Origin: Clostridia bacterium | GTDB taxonomy: Bacteria > Bacillota > Clostridia > Oscillospirales > CAG-272 | NCBI GenBank assembly: GCA_017472695.1 | Contig: JAFUOQ010000016.1 | Coordinates: forward strand, 25,944 to 89,943 | Length of the DNA: 64,000 nucleotides | Direction: 5' to 3' | In this document: positions 1-9,336 of the stretch, one piece after another | Layout of the letters: every line of letters starts with the position of its first letter | How positions within the stretch are numbered: the stretch's first letter is position 1 | The notes under the pieces: model-generated | The model's database searches: none | What the model was told of the DNA's origin: nothing | Seen by the model: the letters and a program-made list of their open reading frames with translations, nothing else | Made by a program: the position numbers and the translations under genes

Positions 1-91
1 GTGGGCTCATTTTCTTTGTTTACAACCTTGAAGCGGTATAAAACCTTAAATGCCCAGCCAAAGGTTATTTTTATAAATTTATAAAATTTGT

Positions 92-757
92 TCATAATTC
101 AACCTTCGATTTTATAATGTCAATAACTGCGTCTACTGTGCCATCGATGTCAAGATTTGAGTTGTCAAGCATAACTGCGTCGTGTGCCGGAACTGCTGGT
201 GCTGTTTTTCTTGTTGAGTCATTGTGGTCTCTCAATTTTATATCAGCAAGAACGCTTTCAAGTGTGCAGCTTTCACCCTTTGCGATTAACTCCTTATAAC
301 GCCTTTCTGCTCTTGCCTCGGCTGATGCGAACATAAACACCTTAACCTCGGCATCTGGCAAGATAACAGTGCCGATGTCACGACCATCCATAACAACACT
401 ATTTTCTCTTGCTATCTTTCTTTGAGTTTCCAAAAGAAAGGCTCTAACCTCGGTAATTGCAGAAACGCGCGATGCGTACATAGCAATCTCGCCTGTTCTT
501 ATTGTATCGCCAACATTAACTCCATTCAAGGTAACAATTTGCTCACCATTAATAAATTGCATATCAAGTTTAATTTTCGGGAGCAAGGAAATAACCCTCG
601 CTTCGTCGTCCTTGTCAACACCTTGGTTCTTTACATAAAGACCAACTGTGCGATATAGAGCTCCTGTATCTACATAAATTATTCCTAGTTTTTTTGCAAG
701 AGCCTTGGCAACTGTGCTTTTGCCTGCTCCACTCGGTCCATCAAGTGCTATTTTCAT
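92..757 (-). CDS. cmk: Cytidylate (CMP) kinase
   Basis: 221-aa ORF with N-terminal P-loop GPSGAGKST and the CMP-kinase-typical IYVDTGALYR segment. Length matches Cmk. Confidence 0.93.
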   Translation of the reverse strand: MKIALDGPSGAGKSTVAKALAKKLGIIYVDTGALYRTVGLYVKNQGVDKDDEARVISLLPKIKLDMQFINGEQIVTLNGVNVGDTIRTGEIAMYASRVSAITEVRAFLLETQRKIARENSVVMDGRDIGTVILPDAEVKVFMFASAEARAERRYKELIAKGESCTLESVLADIKLRDHNDSTRKTAPAVPAHDAVMLDNSNLDIDGTVDAVIDIIKSKVEL

Positions 758-775
758 GAAATACCTCCGGTACTT

Positions 776-2020
776 TTATTCTCCCCAAGCACTATGTGTG
801 CCTGCGAGTGCGCCTGTTGAAAATGCGATTTGTAAATTGTATCCGCCTGTGTAGGCATCAACATCTATAACCTCACCTGCAAAATAAAGTCCTTTTACTT
901 TTTTGGACTCCATTGTGGAGGGGTTGATTTCGTTCGTTTTTATTCCGCCCTGTGTGACAATTGCCTCATTTAATGGACGGAAGCCCTTAATTTCCAAGGT
1001 GAGTGACTTTAATGTGTCTATTAAAGCGCCCCTTTGCTCCTTGGTAATAGCATTTACCTTTGTGTCTGGTGGGATTTTGCTTTTTCTTATCATGAACGGA
1101 ATTATTTTAGATGGCAAAAGTCCACCAAGTGAATTTTGAAAATCCTTATTTAACGATTTTGAAAAATCGCTTAAAACTCGTGTGTCAAGCGTTTGTCTAT
1201 CAAGTGCAGGCTTAAAGTCAATTATAGCCGAATACTTGCCCTTTTCCATATTTTTCATATGGCATGAGGCAGAAAGAGTGAGTGGTCCACTTATACCAAA
1301 ATGTGTAAAGAGCATCTCACCAAGCTCCTCAAATATGATTTTTCCATTTTGGTTGTTTTTGATTTTAAGCACCACATTTTTTAGAGATACACCCATAATT
1401 TCCGACACATTCTCGCTTGTTTCCAAGGGGACAAGAGATGGAACTAACGGGGTTATATCATGTCCGAGTGCTTTTGCAAAGCGAAAGCCGTCACCATCCG
1501 AGCCTGTGCCCGTATATGATGCACCACCCGTCGCACATATAACGGCGTCAAATGTGTATTCGCCACGCGAGGTTTTTACGCCTGTTGCTATGCCATCACT
1601 AACTACTATCTCGGTCACCTTTTCGTTTTTGACTGTCGTGCCGTAGTCTAGCATTGTCTTTTTAAGTGCATTTACAATATCCCAAGCCTTGTCAGACACA
1701 GGAAAAACACGCCTGCCCCTCTCTGTTTTAAGAGGAACACCTGCGTTTTCAAAGAATTCCTTTGTGTCGCTGGTTGAGAAATTATTGATTGATGCATATA
1801 GAAATTTTGGATTTGAAATTACATTTCTTAAAAACTCGCCGTTGTCACAGTCATTTGTAACATTACATCTACCCTTGCCTGTTATAGCAAGCTTTTTGCC
1901 TAGGCGATCATTCTTCTCAAAAAGAGTAACCGATGCGCCATTTAATGATGCATAAATTGCACTCATCATACCGGCAGGTCCACCGCCGATAACGGCTATT
2001 TTTCTTTGCTCGTATTGCAT
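776..2020 (-). CDS. FAD-dependent oxidoreductase, HI0933/YhiN (BaiN-like) flavoprotein family
   Basis: 414 aa. N-terminal dinucleotide fold motif VIGGGPAGMM and C-terminal GLYFAGEVIDVDAYTGGYNLQ, characteristic of this family. Confidence 0.85.
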   Translation of the reverse strand: MQYEQRKIAVIGGGPAGMMSAIYASLNGASVTLFEKNDRLGKKLAITGKGRCNVTNDCDNGEFLRNVISNPKFLYASINNFSTSDTKEFFENAGVPLKTERGRRVFPVSDKAWDIVNALKKTMLDYGTTVKNEKVTEIVVSDGIATGVKTSRGEYTFDAVICATGGASYTGTGSDGDGFRFAKALGHDITPLVPSLVPLETSENVSEIMGVSLKNVVLKIKNNQNGKIIFEELGEMLFTHFGISGPLTLSASCHMKNMEKGKYSAIIDFKPALDRQTLDTRVLSDFSKSLNKDFQNSLGGLLPSKIIPFMIRKSKIPPDTKVNAITKEQRGALIDTLKSLTLEIKGFRPLNEAIVTQGGIKTNEINPSTMESKKVKGLYFAGEVIDVDAYTGGYNLQIAFSTGALAGTHSAWGE

Positions 2021-2153
2021 GGTTTCTCCTTTCGCTTCTAATTGAATGCTATTATATTAAACGGACAGTCGAGGACGCCTGTCCCTACGATTTAAATCCC
2101 CAGTCGCTAAGCGCAGCCCCCTTTACAAAGGTGCCACACACGGGATTTGCCAT

Positions 2154-3752
2154 TTAGATTAAATTCTTCTCTCTTTTATATTGAATATACTCCTCGTATG
2201 TGCCACTGTAATCGTAAATACCATCTTCCCTAAACTCGATTATACGGTTAGCTACTGTATTTACAGTTTCGTAGTCGTGAGAGTAGAAAAGAATATTTCC
2301 CTTAAAATCGGAAAGACCGTTGTTTACGGCTGTGATTGATTCAAGGTCTAGGTGGTTTGTTGGCTGGTCAAGAAGCAAGAAGTTTGAGCCGAAGAGCATC
2401 ATACGAGAGAACATACATCTCGCCTTTTCTCCACCCGAAAGAACATTTACAGGCTTGAAAATTGAATCGCCCGAGAACAACATTCTGCCAAGGAATCCGC
2501 GCAAATAGGTTTCTGTTTGGTCCTTTGAATATCTTCTCATCCAGTCAAGGATTGAGTCCTTGCATCCGTCAAAATAATCTATATTGTCCTTTGGGAAATA
2601 TGATTTTGTAATGCTAACTCCCCATTTAAATGAGCCACTATCAGCCTCCTGCTCCTCCATTAAAATCTTGAAAAACGCAGTGATAGCCATTTCGTTTCCA
2701 AGGAGTGCGATTTTTTCGCCCTTACTAGCAGTAAAGGACACATTTTTAAACAGTGATACTCCGTTTTCTGACCTTGAAAGGTTGGTTACTGTCAAAATAT
2801 CCTTGCCCGCTTCCCTATCCATATCAAATCCGATAAATGGATAACGACGGCTTGAGGCTGGCAATTCCTCAACTGTTAATTTATCAAGTAGCTTTCTTCT
2901 TGAGGTAGCCTGACGCGATTTTGATTTATTTGCAGAGAAACGAGAAATAAAGCTTTGAAGCTCTTTAATTTTCTCTTCGTTTTTCTTGTTTTGTTGCTTA
3001 ATCATACGTTGGATAAGCTGGCTTGATTCATACCAAAACTCATAGTTACCAACATACATTTTAATGCCTGTATAGTCAATATCGACGATGTTTGTGCAGA
3101 CATCATTTAAGAAGTGACGGTCGTGCGATACGACAAGAACAGTGCCAAAATAATCGGACAAAAAGTCCTCAAGCCAAGTGATTGCATCAATGTCAAGACC
3201 GTTTGTTGGCTCATCGAGCAATATAATATCAGGATTGCCAAAAAGGGCTTGTGCTAGAAGCACCTTAACCTTTTCGCTCTCCTTTAAATTTGCCATTTGC
3301 TCGTAAAGAAGGCTTTCATCAAGACCAAGTCCTTGGATAAGCTTTGAGGCATCACTTTCAGCCTCCCAGCCGTTCAGCTCTGCAAACTCACCCTCAAGCT
3401 CGCTAGCGCGAATGCCATCCTCCTCGGAGAAATCCTCCTTCATATATAAAGCGTCCTTTTCCTTCATAATAGAATAAAGGCGCTCATTACCCATAATAAC
3501 CGTGTCAAGAACGGTATATTCGTCAAATTCGAAGTGGTTTTGCTTTAAAACACTCATTCTAACAGTATCAGGAATTATAACTTCACCCTTGGTTGGATCA
3601 AGCTCACGACAAAGAATACGCAAAAATGTACTCTTTCCTGCTCCGTTAGCACCAATAACACCATAGCAGTTGCCAGGTGTGAATTTTAAATTAACATCTT
3701 TAAAAAGTAATTGTCCTCCAAAATTGAAGGATAAGTTGTTTACTGTAATCAT
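2154..3752 (-). CDS. ABC-F family ATPase (two ABC domains, no membrane domain)
   Basis: 532 aa with two Walker A motifs (GANGAGKST; second degenerate GNEMAITAF), two LSGGE signature motifs and a charged inter-domain linker (QQNKKNEEKIKELQ). Confidence 0.9.
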   Translation of the reverse strand: MITVNNLSFNFGGQLLFKDVNLKFTPGNCYGVIGANGAGKSTFLRILCRELDPTKGEVIIPDTVRMSVLKQNHFEFDEYTVLDTVIMGNERLYSIMKEKDALYMKEDFSEEDGIRASELEGEFAELNGWEAESDASKLIQGLGLDESLLYEQMANLKESEKVKVLLAQALFGNPDIILLDEPTNGLDIDAITWLEDFLSDYFGTVLVVSHDRHFLNDVCTNIVDIDYTGIKMYVGNYEFWYESSQLIQRMIKQQNKKNEEKIKELQSFISRFSANKSKSRQATSRRKLLDKLTVEELPASSRRYPFIGFDMDREAGKDILTVTNLSRSENGVSLFKNVSFTASKGEKIALLGNEMAITAFFKILMEEQEADSGSFKWGVSITKSYFPKDNIDYFDGCKDSILDWMRRYSKDQTETYLRGFLGRMLFSGDSIFKPVNVLSGGEKARCMFSRMMLFGSNFLLLDQPTNHLDLESITAVNNGLSDFKGNILFYSHDYETVNTVANRIIEFREDGIYDYSGTYEEYIQYKREKNLI

Positions 3753-3929
3753 TTTTCCTCATTAAATCCTATTTTACACATTCTCTTATTTATTGTAACA
3801 TATTATTATATAAATGTCAACTCGCAAAGCAATTTAAAAAGCTTAAAAAATAATTGACTTTTTTAACAAAATATGATAAACTAAATATACCGAAATAGCT
3901 CGGTGAAAAATAAATATTCGAGTTGTTTT

Positions 3930-3968
3930 GCGTGATAGTCCTTCATCGGTGTACTATTGCGCTTTTTT
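3930..3968 (+). terminator. Terminator-like hairpin inside the leader of the downstream gene (possible attenuator)
   Basis: 10-bp stem gcgtgatagt / actattgcgc (two G-U pairs), 13-nt loop, then TTTTTT. It ends 28 nt before the ATG at 3996. Confidence 0.45.
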
Positions 3969-3995
3969 AATCCCTGCTCGAGAAAGGATGTTTTT

Positions 3996-4595
3996 ATGAG
4001 TAACAAAATTATTACTATCAGCCGTGAGTTTGGTAGCGGAGGAAAATATATCGGTATTTTAGTGGCTAAAAAGCTTGGTATTCCTTGCTACGACAAGGAC
4101 ATTATTGAAAAAATCGCCGAGGAGTCTGGCTTTGTTGACGATTTTATCAGGCGCGTTTCCGAATATGCTCCGTCTAAAAGCATCTTTGCTTATTCATTTG
4201 TTGGCAGAAGTGCCTCGGGTGAATCTATTGAGGATAGGATTTTTGCTATTCAAAAGAAGGTAATAAGAGAGCTTGCAGACAAGGGGCCTTGTGTTATAGT
4301 TGGTCGTAGCGCAGACTATATTTTGAGAAATTATGATACACTTGATGTTTTCATTTATGCTCCTATGGAGGATAAAATCAAGCGTACAGTTAATTTCAAG
4401 GGACTCAACGAAAAGGAAGCTAAAAAGCTAATTAAGGATACTGACAAAAAGCGTAGCATAAACTACAAATACTACACAGGTAGAACCTGGGGCGAGCGTG
4501 AGAACTACACAGTTATGTTAAATTCAACCGACCTCGGTATTGAAAAAACTGCAGAATTTATTGCAGAGATATATCGTCGTGAAACTGAAAAATAA
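3996..4595 (+). CDS. Cytidylate kinase-like family protein (AAA/NMP-kinase fold)
   Basis: ORF track starts at 3957, but the ATG at 3996 follows an AAAGGA Shine-Dalgarno. The product begins MSNKIITISREFGSGG, typical of the cytidylate-kinase-like family common in Clostridia. Confidence 0.75.
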   Translation: MSNKIITISREFGSGGKYIGILVAKKLGIPCYDKDIIEKIAEESGFVDDFIRRVSEYAPSKSIFAYSFVGRSASGESIEDRIFAIQKKVIRELADKGPCVIVGRSADYILRNYDTLDVFIYAPMEDKIKRTVNFKGLNEKEAKKLIKDTDKKRSINYKYYTGRTWGERENYTVMLNSTDLGIEKTAEFIAEIYRRETEK

Positions 4596-4711
4596 TATTG
4601 TTGATTGAAGGGAGCCTCTGTGCTCCCTTTTTTAAGTTATTGTAAATTAAATTCAACTTATTGCACGCAAGACTTTTTTGTGCTAAAATATAAATAGAAG
4701 GGAGGGATAGT

Positions 4712-5716
4712 ATGCGTATTACAAACAAGATGAGGAAAAAAGCTCTTGCCTCTGTTGTTAGTTATTTAAACGAGGTTGGCACTGCTACCCGCAACCAAAT
4801 AATTGACGGAGCCTTGATTCATTATGGTCTTACAAAAAAGGAGCTTGATGATTTTTCTCCAAAAAGCAAGAATACTATTATAAGAAGCTATATCGGCACC
4901 GCCCTTAATGATTTAATGAACAAAAAGGATATAAAGCGTTTAGGAGATAGCTATTCTCTTGCCAAGGAGGAGCTTGTAATTATTCGCGAGGACGAATGCG
5001 AAACCAAAATCAAAGAGATTTTAGAGCTTGGCTCGTATGTCAAGGAGGAAATTTTCCAAAGGCTTGAAAAATATTTTGGAACTGGCGCAACGCTTTCCTT
5101 CAAGGACGATTACAATCTTCGCTCAATAGCAGGCAATGTGCTATTTAATTTAGTTGACAGTGGTGAAATTGAGCTTGTGGGTGGAAAATACTCGTCAAAG
5201 GCATCAAGCGATTACGAAATTTACGACACTCCTCTACCTGAAAACGAGTTCAAGCCGAAATTCTTTAAGGCTCTTTGGCTTATGGGAGGAAAGTTTTTTG
5301 AGAGCTTTGTTGCCAATCTTTTAGAAAAGTATTATACTCTTTCCGGACAAATGGTTGTTTACTGCGACATAACAGGTGGCAGTGACGATGGTGGAATTGA
5401 CATAATTCTTGAAACTGTAGACTATCTCGGCTTTGGCGAAAAAATAGTTTCTCAAACCAAGTGCAGAGACACAGCTCATGTCACAGAAAAAGAGGTGCGT
5501 GAGTTCTATGGTGCTATGAATGCTGTTGGAGCTACACGTGGGATTTATGTGACCACTACTCATTTCCACACTAGTGCTGAATATTTTTTAGACTCGGTAA
5601 GTGACCTGGTTGGTGTTGATGGCGAAAAGCTTTTTGAGCTTGTCAAAAAGACAAGATACGGAATTAAAAAATGCGAGGGTGGTTACACCTTCGATACTGC
5701 AATTTTTACAAGATAA
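4712..5716 (+). CDS. Mrr-like restriction endonuclease domain protein (N-terminal winged-helix-like region + C-terminal Mrr_cat)
   Basis: 334 aa. The C-terminal part has the Mrr catalytic pattern GGSDDGGIDIILE ... VSQTKCR ... followed by GIYVTTTHFHTSA. Strong SD (GGGAGGG). Confidence 0.7.
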   Translation: MRITNKMRKKALASVVSYLNEVGTATRNQIIDGALIHYGLTKKELDDFSPKSKNTIIRSYIGTALNDLMNKKDIKRLGDSYSLAKEELVIIREDECETKIKEILELGSYVKEEIFQRLEKYFGTGATLSFKDDYNLRSIAGNVLFNLVDSGEIELVGGKYSSKASSDYEIYDTPLPENEFKPKFFKALWLMGGKFFESFVANLLEKYYTLSGQMVVYCDITGGSDDGGIDIILETVDYLGFGEKIVSQTKCRDTAHVTEKEVREFYGAMNAVGATRGIYVTTTHFHTSAEYFLDSVSDLVGVDGEKLFELVKKTRYGIKKCEGGYTFDTAIFTR

Positions 5717-5731
5717 ATTTGAAGGTGGAAT

Positions 5732-6694
5732 ATGTTTACAAAGAAGGTACAAAAAATTTTTAGGGGCGTGGTTTATGCTCGCTCCTCGGAGCAGCCACAT
5801 ATACATCTCTTTTCTGCAAAGGATTTTGAGGGGTTAAACCAAGAGAGCTTTGATGTTGAATCCTCGCTTGGCCATACCTTAAAGGGATATTTTTATTACT
5901 ATGAAAATCCTATAAAAAACAAGCTAATTGTTTTTGAGCATGGTATGTTTGGCGGACACAGAAGCTATATGAGAGAAATTGAAATGCTAGCCAAGCACGG
6001 CTATTTGGTTTATGCCTATGACCACACCGGCTGTATGGAATCAGGCGGCTCGGGAACTGGTGGCTTTGCTCAATCCTTGCGCGACTCAAACGAGGTAATT
6101 TCCAAGCTAAAGGAGATTGAAAAGCTACATGGCTATGATATTTATGTTATGGGGCACAGCTGGGGCGGCTTTGCTACCCTCAATGTATCGCGCTTTCACC
6201 CGGATATAAAAAAGATAGTTGCCATTTCCGGCTTTGTTTCCCCAAAGAAAATAATTTATCAGCACCTAGGTGGCCATTTGAGAATTTTTGCAAAGAAAAT
6301 ATATAAGGGCGAGGTTAGTCTTAACCCTGACTATATGGAAATTTCAGCGCTTGATACTCTAGCTAATATGACGGGCGAGGCGCTTATCATCCACTCACCA
6401 AATGACAATGTAGTCAGCTATAAAAAGCATTTCTTGTTGCTTCAAAAGACCTTTAAGGACAAGAAAAATATATCTTTCTTAACTGTGCCAAACACAAAGC
6501 ACAATCCAAATTACACAGAGGAAGCTGTTAAGGAAAAGGATAGACTCTTTAGTGAAGTTAAGATAGCGCAAAAGAAAAATGAGCTATCAAGCCCTGAAGC
6601 CTGCGAAGCATTTAAAAATAGGTTTGACTGGTATAAAATTACCGAGCAAAACGAGGATGTTTGGGCGAGAATTTTTCAGTTCTTGGACAAATAG
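5732..6694 (+). CDS. Alpha/beta hydrolase
   Basis: 320 aa. Nucleophile elbow GHSWGG, downstream Asp (SPNDNVV) and His (TKHNP) candidates. Starts 15 nt after the Mrr-like gene. Confidence 0.75.
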   Translation: MFTKKVQKIFRGVVYARSSEQPHIHLFSAKDFEGLNQESFDVESSLGHTLKGYFYYYENPIKNKLIVFEHGMFGGHRSYMREIEMLAKHGYLVYAYDHTGCMESGGSGTGGFAQSLRDSNEVISKLKEIEKLHGYDIYVMGHSWGGFATLNVSRFHPDIKKIVAISGFVSPKKIIYQHLGGHLRIFAKKIYKGEVSLNPDYMEISALDTLANMTGEALIIHSPNDNVVSYKKHFLLLQKTFKDKKNISFLTVPNTKHNPNYTEEAVKEKDRLFSEVKIAQKKNELSSPEACEAFKNRFDWYKITEQNEDVWARIFQFLDK

Positions 6695-6739
6695 CAGAAT
6701 TAAAACACCGATTGAGCTAAATTCCCAATCGGTGTTTTT

Positions 6740-8239
6740 TTATTTTTCTATTTCTACTATTACATCTGCTATTTTGCCTGCAGTATCAGATGATACCATT
6801 GAAATTGCGCCCATCTGTTTTTGCGCCTCTTCTCCTGCTCTGCCGTTAATATATGCACCAAGGCACACCATATCAAAAGCTTCATTTGGCTTTTGTCCAA
6901 GCAAGGCAGTTATAATGCCAGATAGCACATCGCCCGAGCCAGCAGTTGCCATTCCGGCACACCCTGTGTTTATAATTCGCACATTTTCTCCATCGGTAAC
7001 AATAGTGGAAGTTCCCTTTAAAAGAAGAACTATACCTGTTTCCCTTGCAAATTCAATTGCGCTTGCAACAGGGTTTTCTTGAATTTTATTAAGCGAAATG
7101 CCAGAGAGTCTTTCAAGCTCCTTCAGGTGAGGAGTTAAAATGACTGTGCATTTTGTGTTTTTTAATATTTCCTTGTCCATTTTGGCAAGTGTGTTTAGTG
7201 CATCAGCGTCTAAAAGAATTGGCAAGGAATAGTTACTTAAAATGTAGCTGATTAGTTCCTTGTTTTCACCCCTTTGACCCATTCCCATACCGATGCCAAC
7301 AGCCTTAACTCCCTTTAACGCCTCGTCAATTTCTGTGGGCTCAAATTTTATAGCACCGTCAATTTCAGATAGTGGAAACAGCGTGCTTTCAAGCAAATAC
7401 ATCATAACTGCATTACCTATGCTTTTTGGAGTTGCAATTTTGACAACGCCCGCGCCTGAACGCATAGCACTTGAAGCAATATTTGCAAGCTTTATAGCTC
7501 CTGAATATTCGTAGCTACCACCGATTAAGGTAATATAGCCATATGTTCCCTTATGCGAGAAGTTATCTCTTTTGGGCAAAAGACTCCTTGCCGTTTCTCT
7601 ATCAAAAAGATAGTATGGCTTATCCTTTGGCAAAATTCCAATATCACAGTTTGTAAGTGCGCCTATTTTATCCTTTGCCATATTCAAAAAATGACCACTT
7701 TTATATGAGCCAATCGACACGGTTAAATCGCTTTTTACTACCATCTTACCCATGCCACTATCTCCATTTAAGCCACTATTTATATCGGCTGAAATAATGT
7801 AAGCGCTTGAGAAATTGATTTTTTCTATTACCTCTTTGTAGATATCCTTTGGCTCGCCCTTGAAGCCTGTGCCAAAAATACAATCGATTATTATATCGTA
7901 GGAAAGCTTCGCCCCTTCAGTGTATAATGAATAGGAAATTCCATTTTCTTGACACTTATCAAAATAGTATTTTCCATCTGGAGAAAAGCGATTTTCTAAA
8001 AGCAAAAGGCTCACCCTGTGTCCATTTTTCTTTAATATCAGTGCAAGTGCATAACCGTCACCTGCGTTGTTGCCCGTGCCACAAACAACTAATATATCAG
8101 GAGATGGAATTTTATCAAACGGAATATTTTGATATATGCCATAGGCTGCACGATACATAAGCTCTTTTGATGGAATACCATTTTCAATTGTAGCTTCGTC
8201 GCTTTTACGCATATTTTCCACACTTAAAACCTCTTTCAT
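6740..8239 (-). CDS. nnr: Bifunctional NAD(P)H-hydrate repair enzyme (epimerase + ADP-dependent dehydratase)
   Basis: 499 aa. N-terminal YjeF_N-like part (VVCGTGNNAGDGY) and C-terminal carbohydrate-kinase-like part (GAGDVLSGII). Confidence 0.88.
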   Translation of the reverse strand: MKEVLSVENMRKSDEATIENGIPSKELMYRAAYGIYQNIPFDKIPSPDILVVCGTGNNAGDGYALALILKKNGHRVSLLLLENRFSPDGKYYFDKCQENGISYSLYTEGAKLSYDIIIDCIFGTGFKGEPKDIYKEVIEKINFSSAYIISADINSGLNGDSGMGKMVVKSDLTVSIGSYKSGHFLNMAKDKIGALTNCDIGILPKDKPYYLFDRETARSLLPKRDNFSHKGTYGYITLIGGSYEYSGAIKLANIASSAMRSGAGVVKIATPKSIGNAVMMYLLESTLFPLSEIDGAIKFEPTEIDEALKGVKAVGIGMGMGQRGENKELISYILSNYSLPILLDADALNTLAKMDKEILKNTKCTVILTPHLKELERLSGISLNKIQENPVASAIEFARETGIVLLLKGTSTIVTDGENVRIINTGCAGMATAGSGDVLSGIITALLGQKPNEAFDMVCLGAYINGRAGEEAQKQMGAISMVSSDTAGKIADVIVEIEK

Positions 8240-8259
8240 TCTCTTCTCCTTTCGTGATT

Positions 8260-9210
8260 TTATTTATAACAAAGACAACCACCAAAGCAACCGAATACGC
8301 TCTGCTTATAGCAATTTTCACATTCTGCTTTTGAGCATCTATGAACTAGCTTGGTGTCTATTTCGTAAAAGAAATGATTTTTCAGGTCGCTAATATTTTT
8401 AAAATCCTCTATTTTCACCTTATAATCACTCATTCCAAAGCATCTTGTGGCTGTAAGGTCGGGGTATATATCGACAATCGGTGCGCAAACCGATGCTTGT
8501 CCCGTAAATATGCGTCTTTCGTGCTCGTTTAGATATTTTAGTGAGGACAAAAGCTCCTTTTCCTCACTTGTATATGCACATTCGGGTATTGCGTTACAAT
8601 CATAGCAAGGAGAAACATCTATCTCTTTTAGCTCCTTGCAAAATGCAAGTAATGTCCCCTTCATTTTGTTAAAATAAGCAAATGCACCCTCGCTCTTATC
8701 CCAAGGGATAACAACGCTGACCCTAACTCTTTTAAGGTTATTTTCTTTGAGAAGCGATAGTATATCGCTAAAATCTTGGTTTTGCTTATATATATTAAAC
8801 CCAAGTGTTACTCTTTCCTCATCTGCGTAATAAAGGAGATCCTTTATATTATTTTTCATAGAGTCAAACTGCCCATCCCCTATTTGCTCACGAGAATTAA
8901 CATTGACTAAAAATTGAATTTTTGGGTGTATATTCTCTTTTTTTACTTTGTTGAGATAAATTCCATTAGTGAAAAGTGTAACACGTCTGATTTGTGGGTC
9001 AAAAACTAAAAGGTGCAAAATATCATTGATATTTTTATGTAAAAGAGGCTCGCCACCGATAAGTCCAACCTCGCCCTCTCCTTTTACAAAGTCGAGAGCC
9101 TTTAAAAAGCTATCCATAGTTATATCACATGCGCTTGATGTAGTATATTTGTGCGCAAAGCAATACTCACACGCAAGGTTACATCTGTTTGTTAGAGCTA
9201 TATTTGCCAT
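8260..9210 (-). CDS. Radical SAM protein with Cys-rich SPASM-like C-terminus
   Basis: 316 aa. CNLACEYC (CxxxCxxC) at residues 10-17. The C-terminal third holds many Cys (CYDCNAIPEC, CAPIVD, CSKAECENC, GCFGGCLCYK). Confidence 0.8.
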   Translation of the reverse strand: MANIALTNRCNLACEYCFAHKYTTSSACDITMDSFLKALDFVKGEGEVGLIGGEPLLHKNINDILHLLVFDPQIRRVTLFTNGIYLNKVKKENIHPKIQFLVNVNSREQIGDGQFDSMKNNIKDLLYYADEERVTLGFNIYKQNQDFSDILSLLKENNLKRVRVSVVIPWDKSEGAFAYFNKMKGTLLAFCKELKEIDVSPCYDCNAIPECAYTSEEKELLSSLKYLNEHERRIFTGQASVCAPIVDIYPDLTATRCFGMSDYKVKIEDFKNISDLKNHFFYEIDTKLVHRCSKAECENCYKQSVFGCFGGCLCYK

Positions 9211-9336
9211 TTTGACTCTCCTTTTTGTTATTATAATTATTCTAGCATATTACATATATTTTTTCAAGGCGAAACAAACTTGATTTTCAAAAGAATTTAT
9301 GATAAAATAATATAAGTACGTAAAAGGAGCAATAAT

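Noticed and set aside
6579-7082. Long antisense ORFs inside well-supported genes (e.g. 6579-7082 vs nnr, 1182-1646 vs the flavoprotein, 36363-36881 vs MATE, 41261-41794 vs the LRR gene, 56133-56603 vs rsmE)
   Set aside because: These are shadow frames opposite strongly recognisable proteins, with Ser/Pro/Leu-rich composition typical of antisense translation.
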